DNA from: Squalus acanthias
Taxonomy: Eukaryota
Direction of reading: 5' to 3'
Assembly (NCBI GenBank): GCA_030390025.1
Contig: JASTWF010000035.1
Span: 4,092,001 to 4,156,000 of the forward strand
Length of the DNA stretch: 64,000 nt
Positions 62,261-64,000 of this stretch are shown here, piece after piece; the first letter of the stretch is position 1, and each line of letters starts with the position of its first letter. The position numbers were made by a program, and so were the translations under genes. The notes under the pieces are model-generated. The model did not search any database, was not told where the DNA came from, and was given only the letters and a program-made list of their open reading frames with translations.

Positions 62261-63947
62261 CTTCACAAAGGAGGACACAAATAACCTCCCAGAGATGTCG
62301 GGGAACATAGGGTCTAATGAGAGGGAGGAATTGAATGAAATCAGTATTTGTAGGGAAATGGTGTTAGGGAAATTGACGGGATTGAAGACCGATAAATCCC
62401 AGGGCCTGATAATCTACATCCTAGGGTACTTAAGGAAGTGGCCCTAGAAATAGTAGATGCATTGCTGGTCATCTTCCAACATTCAATGGAATCTGGAACA
62501 GTTCCCATGGATTGGAGGGTAGCTAATGTAACCCCACTATTTAAAAAAGGTGGTAGAGAGAAAACATCGGTAGTGGGGAAAATGCTAGAGTCCATTATAA
62601 AAGATGTAATAGCAGAGCACTTGGAAAACAGTGACAGGATCGGACAAAGTCAACATGGATTTACAAAAGGTAAATCATGCTCGACTAATCTACTGGAATT
62701 TTTTGAGGATGTAACTGGTAGAATAGATAAGGGAGAACGAGTGGATGTGGTGTATTTGGACTTTCAGAAGGCTTTCGATAAGGTCCCGCATAAGAGATTA
62801 GCGTGCAAAGTTAAAGCACATGGGATTGGGGGTAAGGTACTGTCTTGGATAGAGAACTTGTTGGCAGACAGGAAGCAAAGAGTTGGAATAAGCGGGTCTT
62901 TTTCCGAGTGGCAGGCAGTGACTAGTGGGGTACCGCAGGGATCGGTGCTAGGACCCCAGCTATTCACAATATATATATAAATGATCTAGACGAGGGAACT
63001 AGATGTAATATCTCCAAGTTTGCAGATGACACAAAGCTGGGTGGGCGTGTGTGCTGTGAGGAGGATGCAGAGAAACTCCAGTATGATTTGGACAGGTTGG
63101 GTGATTGGGCAGATGCATGGCAAATGCAGTATAATGTGGATAAATGCGAGGTTATCCACTTTGGTGGCAAAAACAGGAAGACAGATTATTATCTGAACGG
63201 CAATAGATTGGGAAAAGGGGAAGTGCAACAAGACCTGGGTATCCTTGTGCACCAGTCGCTGACGGTAAGCATGCAGGTGCAGCAGGCAGTTAAGAGGGCA
63301 AATGGTATGTTGGCCTTCATAGCGAGAGGATTCGAGTACAGGAGCAAGGATGTCTTGCTGCAGTTGTACAGGGCCTTGGTGAGACCACACCTTGAGTATT
63401 GTGTGCAGTTTTGGTCACCTTATCTGAGGAAGGATGTTCTTGCTATGGAGGGAGTGCAGTGAAGATTCACCAGACTGATACCTGGGATGGCAGGAATGAC
63501 GTATGAAGAGAGATTGGGTCGATTAGGCTTATATTCACTAGAGTTTAGAAGAATGAGAGGGGATCTCATTGAAACTTATAAAATTCTAACAGGACTAGAC
63601 AGACTAGATGCAGGAAGGATGTCCCCGATGGCGGGGGAGTCCAGAACCAGGGGTCACAGTCTAAGGATAAGGGGTAAGCCATTTAGGACTGAGATGAGGA
63701 GGAATTTCTTCACCCAGAGAGTGGTGAACCTGTGGAATTCTCTGCCACAGAAGGCAGTTGAGGCCAATTCATTAAATATATTCAAGAAGGAGATAGATAT
63801 ATTTCTTAAGGCTAAAGGGATCAAGGGATATGGGGAGAAAGCAGGGACAGGGTTCTGAATTTGGATGATCAGCCATGATCTCATTAAATGGCGGAACAGG
63901 CTCGAGGGGCCGAATGGCCTACTCCTGCTCCTATCTTCTATGTTTCT
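62261..63947 (+). mobile_element. 5'-truncated CR1, decayed
   Basis: RT ORF pieces 62438-62980, 63049-63462, 63487-63858. Confidence 0.95.
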
Positions 63948-64000
63948 AAGTCACCAAGACCGGATGGGATGCATCCTAGGATGCTGAGGGTAGTAAAGGT

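Larger units (their letters stand above)
60189..64000 (+). mobile_element. CR1 (ORF1 esterase half, EN, tether) interrupted at 61013-61149 and 62261-63947; runs off the window
   Basis: VLKV (62260) resumes KSPRPDGMHPR (63948). Confidence 0.9.

Overview
Eukaryotic, repeat-dense vertebrate DNA, most likely a cartilaginous fish (inferred from the CR1, DeuSINE, Penelope and Harbinger repertoire). One host gene is recognisable: a galectin-3-binding protein gene (LGALS3BP; SRCR-BTB-BACK) on the minus strand. Three coding exons are visible (60085-59894, 47890-47623, 32229-31131). The exon for the second half of the SRCR domain was not found and probably lies in the 500-N gap; the 5' exons probably lie beyond the window. 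The rest is nested transposable elements and minisatellites: two two-gene PIF/Harbinger transposons (525-6851 decayed; 18992-23182 near-intact), five copies or fragments of an ~893-bp non-autonomous Harbinger, a second MITE, about 25 CR1/L2 LINE pieces (one full-length), SINEs, a 194-bp solo LTR, Penelope-like termini with hammerhead-ribozyme motifs, and tandem arrays of 14, 14/20, 18, 20, 33, 38, 54 and 67 bp. The most striking pattern is that every CR1 3' tail of the (GACTCTAT)n type carries a Harbinger insertion at the same register, while tails with other microsatellite units are empty. This suggests LINE-tail targeting and possibly retrotransposon-assisted spread of a DNA transposon. All alignments and counts were done by eye.
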